Shown: positions 29,852 to 41,000 of the stretch, in pieces
How positions within the stretch are numbered: the stretch's first letter is position 1
How the letters are laid out: the number at the start of each line of letters is the position of its first letter
Virus record (IMG/VR): IMGVR_UViG_3300034117_002447
Coordinates: 207,291-271,290 of that record
DNA: 64,000 nt
Direction: 5' to 3' (one strand)
Notes under the pieces: generated by a model
What the model was told of the DNA's origin: nothing
The model's input: the letters and a program-made list of their open reading frames with translations, nothing else
Database searches by the model: none
Made by a program: the position numbers and the translations under genes

Positions 29852-30910
29852 TTAGTTTGTTATTTCAATGTTGTGTGAGCTTGTGATAACGAATCTTGAA
29901 CTTACGAAATTAAGGCCAGACATTGTATTTTCGAACTTGGTTAAAGTTACACTAGAACCAAATAGTCTAGAACTAGTAGTTGAAGCTTGCACGTTTGTAT
30001 TATAAGTGGTGATATGTTGCACTGGTGTTCCAGCTGCTAATTGGCCGATTGCTGTACTCGCAGTAGTTTGTGCAACTAGGGTTCCTGAATTAATTAATCC
30101 TGGAGTACCGTTTGCAAGTAGAGTAAATCCTGGAAGAATTTTAATGTCTCCCCAGTTAGTTGTTGCAATTGTAGCTGAACTTGAATTTATGTATTCTTTA
30201 ACAATCACAGTGAAGCTTTGTCCATTGTCTGGGCGGCTTGCAACGTCTTCGTAAACAAATAAGATAATCGGCTTACTTGAAGATGGGCTGTTATCTGCAC
30301 ATTTAATTGTGACATAGATGAATTGCTTGCTTGTTTTACTTAGTTTAAGAACTCCGTAATAGTAGTCAGTACTACTAACATTAATTGCGGTAGTTGTAAC
30401 AACTGTATTAGTTGAACCTTCCGTACTTTGGGTGATTGCTTGCGCTGGAAAACTAACTTCTCCGTAAAACTGAGACTTAACAGAAGTACTTAAGTTACCT
30501 ACGTAAAATCCATCTGCTGTTACACTAGCTAATGGAATACCTACGCCCAATCGAGTGATTGCCATTGCATTTGCTGCTCCAGTCATATCGATTGTTCCAC
30601 CGGCTTGAATAATTAACTTATCAATTGATAGAATTGACTTGCCAGCACTTTTTGTTAGACTTCCAATTGTATTGGTTGAGTCCATGAAAGTTATTCCATT
30701 TCCTAGAATAACATTGTTTGTTTTTACTTGGTTAACGTAATTGTCTACCCCGATGTACTTATTAACTAAGTCGATTTCAAGAGTGTTAATAACGTCCTCA
30801 AGTTTTGACTTTACCACAGTGACATTGGCGTTAAGTATTAGACGCATGTCTGAGATAAAAGTAGTCTCAAGTAGAGTTTGAGTGTTTAAGGATACATTAG
30901 TAAATGCCAT
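29852..30910 (-). CDS. Fiber-like virion protein (352 aa)
   Basis: First gene after the late promoter at 30935. Has the SDMRLILNAN N-terminal anchor-like motif and a Ser/Thr-rich beta composition. Confidence 0.6.
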   Translation of the reverse strand: MAFTNVSLNTQTLLETTFISDMRLILNANVTVVKSKLEDVINTLEIDLVNKYIGVDNYVNQVKTNNVILGNGITFMDSTNTIGSLTKSAGKSILSIDKLIIQAGGTIDMTGAANAMAITRLGVGIPLASVTADGFYVGNLSTSVKSQFYGEVSFPAQAITQSTEGSTNTVVTTTAINVSSTDYYYGVLKLSKTSKQFIYVTIKCADNSPSSSKPIILFVYEDVASRPDNGQSFTVIVKEYINSSSATIATTNWGDIKILPGFTLLANGTPGLINSGTLVAQTTASTAIGQLAAGTPVQHITTYNTNVQASTTSSRLFGSSVTLTKFENTMSGLNFVSSRFVITSSHNIEITN

Positions 30911-30934
30911 TGTTTAAGAATTTTTTGTCTTTTT

Positions 30935-30942
30935 TATTTATT
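30935..30942 (-). promoter_or_regulatory. T4-like late promoter (AATAAATA)
   Basis: Heads the 16-kb structural operon 30910-14851. Confidence 0.65.
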
Positions 30943-30961
30943 AAGCAAACCCAAGGGAACC

Positions 30962-33900
30962 TTACATTAAGGCTTTCCTACGATTTAACGTGTTTTCTAT
31001 ATGATCTTGGTAATCGTGAACTGTTCTTGGATCAAACGCATTAAATTCTTTAGTTAATTCATATACGTTGTTATTGACATCGGTTACTTTTACTGAAAGC
31101 AAATAGTCTCCAGGTTCAGAAAATCTCCAAATAAAAGTAGAGTTAGCTTTAATTTGAACCACAGTTTCTCCAAATAACGATAGTGTCCAAATACACTCCT
31201 TTTTGGAATCAATGTTAGATACTGCTGCAAACACTGGATGGTGTAGTGGAATAGTTATTCCGTCTAATCCGATTTTTAGGTTAGAGAAGTTAAAGCTGTT
31301 CTCGTCATAGTTTGACGGTAGGTACCCTCTCATTTCAACTTCTGGTACTTGATTATTTGTAAATTCTACAAATTTCTTGTTTATCCAATAATTAATATCT
31401 GATGCATTTGCGTCAACTGGTTTAACGTATTCAAACTTCCAATCGCTAACTGATACAGCTGAACCTGAACTTGAACTGGTTGTGATTACTATTGAGTTTG
31501 GACTATTTTGGATAACTGTTCCAGTTATCCATCTACTCGGATTAGATATACTTGAAGCTTTGATTGTAACTCCATTCGTAAAGGTAAACGCCCTAGCCAG
31601 AGTTAAAGTAATGTTAGTTGGAAAACTCGTTGGGATAGTCGCTGTTGTATTTGAAGTAACAGTTTCGCCAGTTCTTTTTAAACAATCGTCAAACGGAGAA
31701 TCTAAGAATAAAAGGTCTTCGTCTAATTCACGTGAAACTGTTGCTAATTGAGTATTAATTGAATCGATTAGCCCGTTTGAATAAACTCCAAATGGATAAC
31801 AGAAAGTATAAATTCGGTAATATTCTCCAGAGTCATCAGTTACTCTAATGATTCGGTGTAGAGTTACATCCTGTCTTTTTGCATGAGCGTGAATTTTTCC
31901 GTTAACTAAAACATACCGATATTCGCTAACATGTGGATTAGTTGACGCATTTAACTGGTTAGTTAAATCTTCACTTGTTGAATAAGAAGATACTACATAG
32001 CTATTATGAACGTCCCAATCCGCAAAATTAATAAATTCCAAAACTCCCATAGTAGGTAAATCCAATATGAATCCATTAAGTCTATCTGGAACATACGATA
32101 AATCAATCATTCGATTCATTTTTAAGTCCTTAATCATTGCATTTTCGTAATCGCCTAATGATGGTTGGCCAAATGCATGTGATCCAGTACCCCACTGTGA
32201 TTTAAGTAAGTTAGTAGATGTTGAAATATCTTCGAAACCTATTCCATCTGTAAATATTTGAACTTCATTTTGTGGATTACCTACTCCAAAATTATTTGAA
32301 TATGTGAACCAGTCTAAATAGTGAGAACTTAAAGTAGACGAAGTTTCTCCAGTCTGAACAATATTTGCGAATTGTAAGTAGATTGGATTGTTTTGAATTT
32401 GTCCTATCGTTACATTATGAAGATCTCTAAATCTATATGAATTTTTATCTTGAATCTTAGCAAAAACTTCAATAACCGGCTCCTCAGTCAATACAGTAAC
32501 CGTTAGGTGGCTTACGTTTTGTCCTCCTTGTAAATCATATACATTTGAAGTTATTACGTAGGTCCCAATGTGAGGCAAAATATGAGGAAGCTTAACTAAA
32601 TCAGCTAATAGTCCTCTCCATGAAAAATTATAACCTTGCGGTCCAGTAATGGTCCATTCAATTTCATATCCGTTACGGTATCTGATATTTCCGATTGTGA
32701 AATGCGAGTTTGCAAAGTCAATAAACTTAGATCCGTCTAGTCCTCCCAATGTAAAATCGGGAATATACGCCTCTAATGAAACTGGGCAACCTACTTTTCC
32801 ATCGATATCATCAACGCTTTGCATTGGATTACTTTGGCCGTGATACGCAAACTCATAATTCCGTAAGTTTAGATAATAATCCTGAATTCCAGTTAATAGA
32901 GATGGAATACTTGTTACTGGATACTGTTGGTTAAACTCGTATGGGTTTATGTTTGATGTATTAAAACTTATTTCTGGAAATTCAGAGGTTGAGTTTGTTT
33001 TATGATACAGGGTTTTAATATCTCTAATCTGTAATAACTGAGAAGTTGTAACCGGCTGATTTATTACTAAATTATAGTCGTCGTTTATTTCTAATGAGTT
33101 GATGTAGGTAACATCTGACCAATTACGAAGATTAAATTTGTCAAAATATATGAATTCTCCAATAATGTCCTTAATTACAACATTTACTGGAAGTATTTCT
33201 GTTTTTAATTTAGTTGAAAGGCGATTTAATTTATAGAAAATTTCATCTACTTCAAAATCTGTGGTAAATTCAACTTCTGGAACACCATCATCATCATAAT
33301 TATCACTAGCTACGGAAAATTCGTAAGCTAAAGCTAGGAATTCAGTCTTTTTAAACTTGCCGCCTTTTTTAATTTGGCCATTTAGGTCAACTAGGTTAAT
33401 TGAGTCAATTGAACCAGCTGTCATTAGGTCAGTAACATCAACCATTGCAAACTTATTGTAATACGGTGAGTTTGTATCAGCATCTTTCCAATACTCCTTT
33501 ACTCGCAGTACGTCACGATAGCCCAAAATGTCAATTAAGTTAATTAATCCTTTGTAAGTTCCAACATACGGGTAAATTTGATCTCTATTTACTAGAATCT
33601 CTTTTCGGGCTTGGTTAATTTGCTTCCAGTCAGGAAGACCTTCTTTTAAGTCATAATCTTTAAGTAGAAGGGCATCCTCTCTGTTAAATTTAATACCAAA
33701 GTTAGTTAACCAAATTCGGAAACGCTCGTCTTCGTCCTCGCCTTCTCCATAAAAATAAATGGATGCGATTTTTGTGGTAGTTGATGAAGTTTCGTAATAA
33801 AGTTCAAGAGTTCGATTGTATGATACCTCTTCAGCTGGAGAAAAACTCACATTTAATTGAAGAGGGTAAGTTAAGTCAAGATTTGTGGTACCTGATGGCA

Positions 33901-34231
33901 AAAGATCCTCATAGTCAATAGTAATACCAGTTTGTCTTGTGATATACGTGGTAGAATCAGTATGTGAGTCCTCTTTAGCTACGGTAAATAGGAAAAAATT
34001 ATCGGAATTTTCAGAAGTTATCCATTTTGCAATAATCTTTGAACCTGGCTCCATAACTGGGAACCGGTAACCGCTATTTGTACTTTCTAGAATAAAAAGG
34101 TTAGATACATCGTATAGAGCAGTTGAAATAGGAAGAAAATAGTCAGCACCTTCCCATACTCCATCCGAGTTCTGTGAAAAGTTGTACGATTCACCATTTT
34201 TATCAAAAAATAAGAGATTATTAATATTCAT
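30962..34231 (-). CDS. Baseplate wedge-like protein (1089 aa) with PKD-like segments
   Basis: YVGTYKGLINLIDILGY...VKEYW resembles the gp7/tail-protein-I-type wedge motif. C-terminal WRFSEPGDYLLSVKVTD is PKD-like. Late promoter at 34256. Confidence 0.55.
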   Translation of the reverse strand: MNINNLLFFDKNGESYNFSQNSDGVWEGADYFLPISTALYDVSNLFILESTNSGYRFPVMEPGSKIIAKWITSENSDNFFLFTVAKEDSHTDSTTYITRQTGITIDYEDLLPSGTTNLDLTYPLQLNVSFSPAEEVSYNRTLELYYETSSTTTKIASIYFYGEGEDEDERFRIWLTNFGIKFNREDALLLKDYDLKEGLPDWKQINQARKEILVNRDQIYPYVGTYKGLINLIDILGYRDVLRVKEYWKDADTNSPYYNKFAMVDVTDLMTAGSIDSINLVDLNGQIKKGGKFKKTEFLALAYEFSVASDNYDDDGVPEVEFTTDFEVDEIFYKLNRLSTKLKTEILPVNVVIKDIIGEFIYFDKFNLRNWSDVTYINSLEINDDYNLVINQPVTTSQLLQIRDIKTLYHKTNSTSEFPEISFNTSNINPYEFNQQYPVTSIPSLLTGIQDYYLNLRNYEFAYHGQSNPMQSVDDIDGKVGCPVSLEAYIPDFTLGGLDGSKFIDFANSHFTIGNIRYRNGYEIEWTITGPQGYNFSWRGLLADLVKLPHILPHIGTYVITSNVYDLQGGQNVSHLTVTVLTEEPVIEVFAKIQDKNSYRFRDLHNVTIGQIQNNPIYLQFANIVQTGETSSTLSSHYLDWFTYSNNFGVGNPQNEVQIFTDGIGFEDISTSTNLLKSQWGTGSHAFGQPSLGDYENAMIKDLKMNRMIDLSYVPDRLNGFILDLPTMGVLEFINFADWDVHNSYVVSSYSTSEDLTNQLNASTNPHVSEYRYVLVNGKIHAHAKRQDVTLHRIIRVTDDSGEYYRIYTFCYPFGVYSNGLIDSINTQLATVSRELDEDLLFLDSPFDDCLKRTGETVTSNTTATIPTSFPTNITLTLARAFTFTNGVTIKASSISNPSRWITGTVIQNSPNSIVITTSSSSGSAVSVSDWKFEYVKPVDANASDINYWINKKFVEFTNNQVPEVEMRGYLPSNYDENSFNFSNLKIGLDGITIPLHHPVFAAVSNIDSKKECIWTLSLFGETVVQIKANSTFIWRFSEPGDYLLSVKVTDVNNNVYELTKEFNAFDPRTVHDYQDHIENTLNRRKALM

Positions 34232-34255
34232 ACGCTAATGCTAGCTCTTTACCTT

Positions 34256-34263
34256 TATTTATT
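34256..34263 (-). promoter_or_regulatory. T4-like late promoter (AATAAATA)
   Basis: Upstream of the wedge-like gene. Flanks resemble those of the 30935 site (GCTTAATAAATAAA). Confidence 0.65.
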
Positions 34264-34280
34264 AAGCCAGACAACTGGAA

Positions 34281-34700
34281 TTAAATAGTAAAGATCTCGC
34301 TCTCGCCTGAGTGGCTTAACGAAACAAATTCTACTTTTTCACCCTTGCCTATGTGCTTATAGATTTTCTTGTACTCTTTAGCATACCCGTTTTTAGAGAT
34401 CTGAGTAAAGTATGCAAATGCATTATTTGATTTTTCCTCATTAAAGTTTCTCCAATATCGCAACAGGTCCAATAGAGCTGACTGAATACAGTCTTCTTTA
34501 TCAAGTGGATTACTGAACCTAAGTTTTAGGATCGCTCTATTTGCCAGGATTATAAAATAGTTAATTGCAATTGGGGATAATTCACCAGCTGTGTGCTGGT
34601 ATCCAGTCTCTTCGTTTAGTAGACCGTGTTTACACCTAATTATTTCATTTGTAAAATCCCGGTTGTTGATGTAGTACTTACTTTCTCTAGCTTTTGACAT
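34281..34700 (-). CDS. Late-transcription sigma factor, T4 gp55-like (short, 139 aa)
   Basis: YINNRDF...EDCIQSALLDLLRYWRNFNEEKSNNAFAYFTQI matches the gp55 YVNN...NFD.EKS.NPFAYFTQI pattern. Confidence 0.85.
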   Translation of the reverse strand: MSKARESKYYINNRDFTNEIIRCKHGLLNEETGYQHTAGELSPIAINYFIILANRAILKLRFSNPLDKEDCIQSALLDLLRYWRNFNEEKSNNAFAYFTQISKNGYAKEYKKIYKHIGKGEKVEFVSLSHSGESEIFTI

Positions 34701-34704
34701 TTGG

Positions 34705-35370
34705 TTATGATTCTTTTAGTGACGTGTATATTTTAAGAACTGCTAAGTACGAGTCAATCATATCCATATACGGGGATCCAATTACCTCTTTTTTAACAAT
34801 TTGATCTTCGTATTTAAGTAGTACTTGATGAAGACTACTGCCTTCGGCCAGCATAGGAGTTTCCTTAAATTGTTCGTACACGTCAAACTTACCGGCATTT
34901 CCTTTTGCTCCAATTGCATTTTTTAGTTCCCCAGGAGAAAATATGAATAGACTCTCTTGATTATTATTTAATAAATTGTCAAGTACTTTCTTTCTTAACA
35001 TGCCAGTAGATTGAGCAATATCAATTAGTGCATTGCCTTGAGCACCGTATGCTATACCTTCAATTGAAATGATTCGGTTAGGCTCATCTTTAATAACTTC
35101 TTCCACTCTATCGATTAATGTATCGACTAGTAGCGAATAATTAGCTAATTTAGCCCTTTCTACTCCAGAATAGGTATCATATTTAAAGTTCTTAGGGGGG
35201 AGAAAAATAAACTCTAGCTCAGGAAATTCTAATTGAGTGTCCTCTAGTAACTTCCGGTGGGCTTTAGTCGTATTGGAATTGACACACGCGATCCAGCGAA
35301 AACTTTTAAAGTCTTTGCAAATACAAACAGCTGGAAACTGTATTGAGAAATCTATTCCTATTACTACCAA
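34705..35370 (-). CDS. RuvC-like Holliday junction resolvase / RNase H-fold nuclease
   Basis: IGIDFS, SIEGIAYG, FSPGELK...GNAGK and DMIDSY acidic motifs. TTG start. Confidence 0.75.
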   Translation of the reverse strand: MVVIGIDFSIQFPAVCICKDFKSFRWIACVNSNTTKAHRKLLEDTQLEFPELEFIFLPPKNFKYDTYSGVERAKLANYSLLVDTLIDRVEEVIKDEPNRIISIEGIAYGAQGNALIDIAQSTGMLRKKVLDNLLNNNQESLFIFSPGELKNAIGAKGNAGKFDVYEQFKETPMLAEGSSLHQVLLKYEDQIVKKEVIGSPYMDMIDSYLAVLKIYTSLKES

Positions 35371-35394
35371 GAGTCATTCTAAGTGATTTGAAGT

Positions 35395-35421
35395 ATTCTA
35401 CTGAATAAAAAGATTAAGTTT
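35395..35421 (-). promoter_or_regulatory. AAACT-N16-TAGAAT promoter (ruvC-like / gp55-like unit)
   Basis: Member of the eight-copy motif; divergent from the 35426 copy. Confidence 0.6.
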
Positions 35422-35425
35422 TTTG

Positions 35426-35452
35426 AAACCTTTGTAAAATGTACTGTAGAAT
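35426..35452 (+). promoter_or_regulatory. AAACC-N16-TAGAAT promoter (exonuclease)
   Basis: Member of the eight-copy motif. Confidence 0.6.
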
Positions 35453-35469
35453 AAGGGTGTTGGGAGGGT

Positions 35470-35570
35470 ATAGAGCTTAGAGTCTTAGGAACTTAGTCTA
35501 CTTATATTATTAATATAAAGAATTAAGTAAACTTACTACCTTAATCCTAAGCACTTAGCTACTTAGTCCT
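35470..35570. repeat. 8-nt-period CTTAG repeats flanking an A/T-only core (candidate origin)
   Basis: CTTAG at 35476, 35484, 35492, 35554 and 35562; variants at 35501, 35532 and 35540; inverted CTAAG at 35547. TTATATTATTAATATAAA at 35502-35519. Confidence 0.45.
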
Positions 35571-35609
35571 GATTTTTAGTATATTTCAACTAATTCATAA
35601 AATTAAAAT

Positions 35610-36353
35610 ATGTTTGATCCACATCAATTAGAAAAAATGCTGTTCTTCGATATAGAAACAGCTGGAACAGTTAGCCATTCTGGAGATCTTTCAGAGAAAA
35701 TGCAAGAACTTTGGGCAAATCGTTCGGAAATCCTTAGAAATCAATTGGGTGCAAAGTATCCAGACAATAAAGATAAATCAGACGATGAGCTTTATCAAAT
35801 GAAATCAGCTCTTCACGCTGAATTCGGTAGAGTTGTCTGTATTTCCTTCGGTAAAATTAAATGGGTGGACGGCGAACCCGTAGCTCAAATAGTTTCCTAC
35901 TCTGGAGAAGATGAAGAAGACATTTTACGTCAAGCCTTTAAGGTAATTGGTGGTCTTGGGAAAACTGGTGCTAAATTAACTGGCCATAACGTTAAAAGAT
36001 TCGATGTTCCATATCTTTGCAAAAGAGCATTTATACTAGGAGTAGAAACACCAATACCTCTTCAAGTATGGGATAAAAAACCTTGGGAAACTTCAATTAT
36101 TGATACTTCTGAGCTTTGGTCATTTGGTGCATGGCAAGAAGGATTCACTTCACTCGACTTATTAGCCACTATTCTAGGAGTCGATTCACCGAAAGACGAT
36201 ATCAAAGGTGATCAAGTTCATGAGAATTACTGGGCCGGTAATATCGAAAGAATTAAAGAATACTGCCAAAAAGACGTAATTACGTTAATTCAGATAGCTT
36301 TAAAGCTTTCTAACCTAAACCAAATTGAAAAATCTGGTATAATAATAAAGTAA
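35610..36353 (+). CDS. Stand-alone 3'-5' exonuclease, PolB-related (DnaQ fold)
   Basis: FFDIETA (ExoI), GHNVKRFDVPYL (ExoII), EYCQKDV (ExoIII). Confidence 0.85.
   Translation: MFDPHQLEKMLFFDIETAGTVSHSGDLSEKMQELWANRSEILRNQLGAKYPDNKDKSDDELYQMKSALHAEFGRVVCISFGKIKWVDGEPVAQIVSYSGEDEEDILRQAFKVIGGLGKTGAKLTGHNVKRFDVPYLCKRAFILGVETPIPLQVWDKKPWETSIIDTSELWSFGAWQEGFTSLDLLATILGVDSPKDDIKGDQVHENYWAGNIERIKEYCQKDVITLIQIALKLSNLNQIEKSGIIIK
36317..36343 (+). promoter_or_regulatory. AAACC-N16-TATAAT promoter (groEL)
   Basis: Inside the 3' end of the exonuclease gene, 26 nt before the groEL start. Confidence 0.6.
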
Positions 36354-36369
36354 AATAACCACACAATAA

Positions 36370-37953
<1,584 letters not shown>

Positions 37954-38052
37954 ATTTAAGATTAGCCATCGAAGAACGGCGCTTGTTGAGTAATACTCGC
38001 AGGCGCTGCTCTGTTTTAGAAGGGCGATAGATAAAATAAAGCAAAACCCTAA

Positions 38053-41000
38053 GTGGATAAAACATTTAAGGAAATATTAACAGATATTAAATGCGGAAAG
38101 CTAGCATCCCCAGCGTTTACGGAAGATGATTTAGCTAAAGTAAAAGCCTGTATTCCTGAACCAATAGCTCAACCTACTAAAGAGGTAAAAGTTACAGTTC
38201 CATCAGAGAGCTCATGCGTTAACGATGGATTAATCCAGGTTAAAAAGATCCTAACCGAACAGCTTTCGAAACAAGATGTAGTTGTTGAACTTGGAACAAT
38301 TAAAGGTAAAGTAGAAGAAGCACTAGATCATTACAAAGTCATTTCTAATTATTATAAGGCTAGGGTTGAATTCTTTACTTCCACCATAAGTACAGTTGAA
38401 CCTCTCACCTCCCAGTATCTGTATTGGACGGACGAGTATGATAGAACTAAAGCAATTGAAGATAAAATAATTGAGGACTATAATTCAACGTTTCAGTCGT
38501 TTGACTATGTAAATTATGGAATCAAGTTAGTAGTTTCACTAACTGATTCTCAATTTAAAACTATCACTACGTATAATTCAACTGTCTTATCTAATCTTAT
38601 TACCCAAACCTATTTTAACTATATTGTCAATACTCCAATATACCTCAAGTATTATACAGCTAGAAAAAATAGAATCTTAGCAGAAGAGCGTCAACTTCTT
38701 TCTAAGCAAGGAGCAGCAAATGCACTATCTCAAAGTATTCAAAACTATCCAGCCTTAAGCGATAGTTCAACAGTTGAGTCCACTTTAAATTCGCTAACTT
38801 CAAAAATAAGCGGTCAATTAATACCTATTTTTTCAGATACTGAATCTTCTCTAACTGGAGGACTTATTGCTCCAGCTAGAACGGCTGTGTTTTCAATGAG
38901 ATTAATCGATTTAGATTTTACTAAATTAACGGTCCCTAAATTATTGGAAAATGGAGAAACTTCTCAAGTTGAAAAAACATTAGTTATACGCAATAGCCCA
39001 TACCTAAAAAATTCTCCATTCTCTAATTCAGTTGCTACTAGTTGTCAGTCAATTCCATTTGAGCAATACAAACAGAATAGAGACTATGATTTTATCTCTG
39101 GTGCTTTATACAACTTAACTGCTAGCGGATATAGAGGGCTTTATAAAAAATTAGCCAATCCGATTTCAAATCTATATACACCAGAGGAAAGAGGATTAAC
39201 TGTTGATCCAACTAAAATTGATCCGTTAATAAAAGACGTTGAAAACGCGCCAGTTTCTTTAAAAGAAGGAGACATCACGTTTTATATAAGTAGTCAAGAA
39301 GCCTACTCTACCTTCTATGATACTGCTAATAAAAGTTTACCTGATAGAATTAAGAAAGAAAAGGAGCAGGTGTTTCCAGCGGAAATAGCACCAACTTTAA
39401 CCTCCCTATCTACTATTGCAAAAAGAGAAGTTGCTGACTTTTTTAGAAGGACTACTGACGCATCAATTAAATTAGCTAGACCGACTTCATATAGGGCAGG
39501 AGCTTCAACTGTTTATACACAAGGAGTATTCAAGTATTCTACGCTAGACACCGTGATTTCTCAAAGGTTAGCGTACTATCAAAAAGCATACGATGAAGCT
39601 GCTCTAAAAATACAGGCTTGTCAAAAAGATATCGCTAACTTAGATCTACTAATAAAAGAAAATTCAATGGACCCCAAGGTTCTTGAAGTTAAAATTTCCA
39701 AGATAAAATGTTTTAGCGAAGCAGCTAAGTCAAAAGCCGTTGCCAAAGATTGTGAAGCTGAAACTCTCGCGAAATTAGGAAAAGATCCTCTCTTTATTAG
39801 AACATTAAATGGAAATGATTCTAAATTACCTGACATGAATAACCCATGTTATTGGAAAGAGTTTGCAAAAGCGTTAAACAAAGTAAGTTTATTACCTATT
39901 CCTGATCTAAGCTCTCCATTATTTAGATATTATCCAATTAACAATATTATTCCAACTCCACTTGGTATAGTAATGATTCCTATACCTCAAAAGTGGACTC
40001 CGTTATTTTCTTTATCTACTCCGCTTGGCACAATTGTTACATTTATAACAATGCCAGTCGTAATTGTTGGAATCCCATTACCATCAGTTTACGTGTTATA
40101 CATAGCACCGGATGGTAGAAAATACATGCTAGTTGCTCCAAATATTCCATTCCTACTAATCCCAGGTGGATCTAAAGTTGGATTTGAGGTAGACAACAGC
40201 CCAGCTTCTCAGAACCCATTAGGTATAAATCCAACTGACCCATTTAAAGGACAGCTTACTAAAGGCTCTCTAAGTATACCAATTACAATTTCAGCAAAAG
40301 CATCAAAGGCAATTAGAGTTGCAACCGTCGCCGCGGCTGTTGCATTAGGAAAGGGCATTGACATAAAGAATGGAGCAGGAGCAGTGTTAGGACAAATTGA
40401 TCCTGTGACTTATCTTGCTAAATATACTGGGCTTTCTGAGAAATTAGCGGACGCCCTCGATATGGAAGCGTCCAATGATTTTACAAAACAAGTAAACGAA
40501 TTTAAGAGATCAATTAACAAGCAATTCGATAGACTTGGGGAAATTCAAATTACCGCGATAACTAAGTTAAAGGAAAAGACTAGAAACGAGAGAGACTCTC
40601 AAGTTAAAGGCGCTGAGTCTGAAGAAAACTTAGCAAAGAAGCGCGAAACTAAAAAGAAGGCTCGATCGCTTGATCCAATAACACTACAGTCTAAAATTGA
40701 TGGAGTGCTAGAAGATTTCAATAAGTACATTGATAAAATCAAATTAGGAACAATTTCATTCCCTAACGATCCGACTAAATTAAATCCACCTCTACCTAAT
40801 GCAGTTAGTGCGATGCAGCCAATTGTTGAACAAGCCGCAAAAGGCGAACTTAATCTTGACCTCGACTCAGTTAACTTTATTGCAAAGATTAAAAGAATGG
40901 CTGCTCAAGTAGATACCTCAAAATTAAAATCAAAAAAATCGTTTAATCTAAACAAGCAAGAAGATATTGTTGAATTTAAAAAAGCGATAAAAGAGTACAC

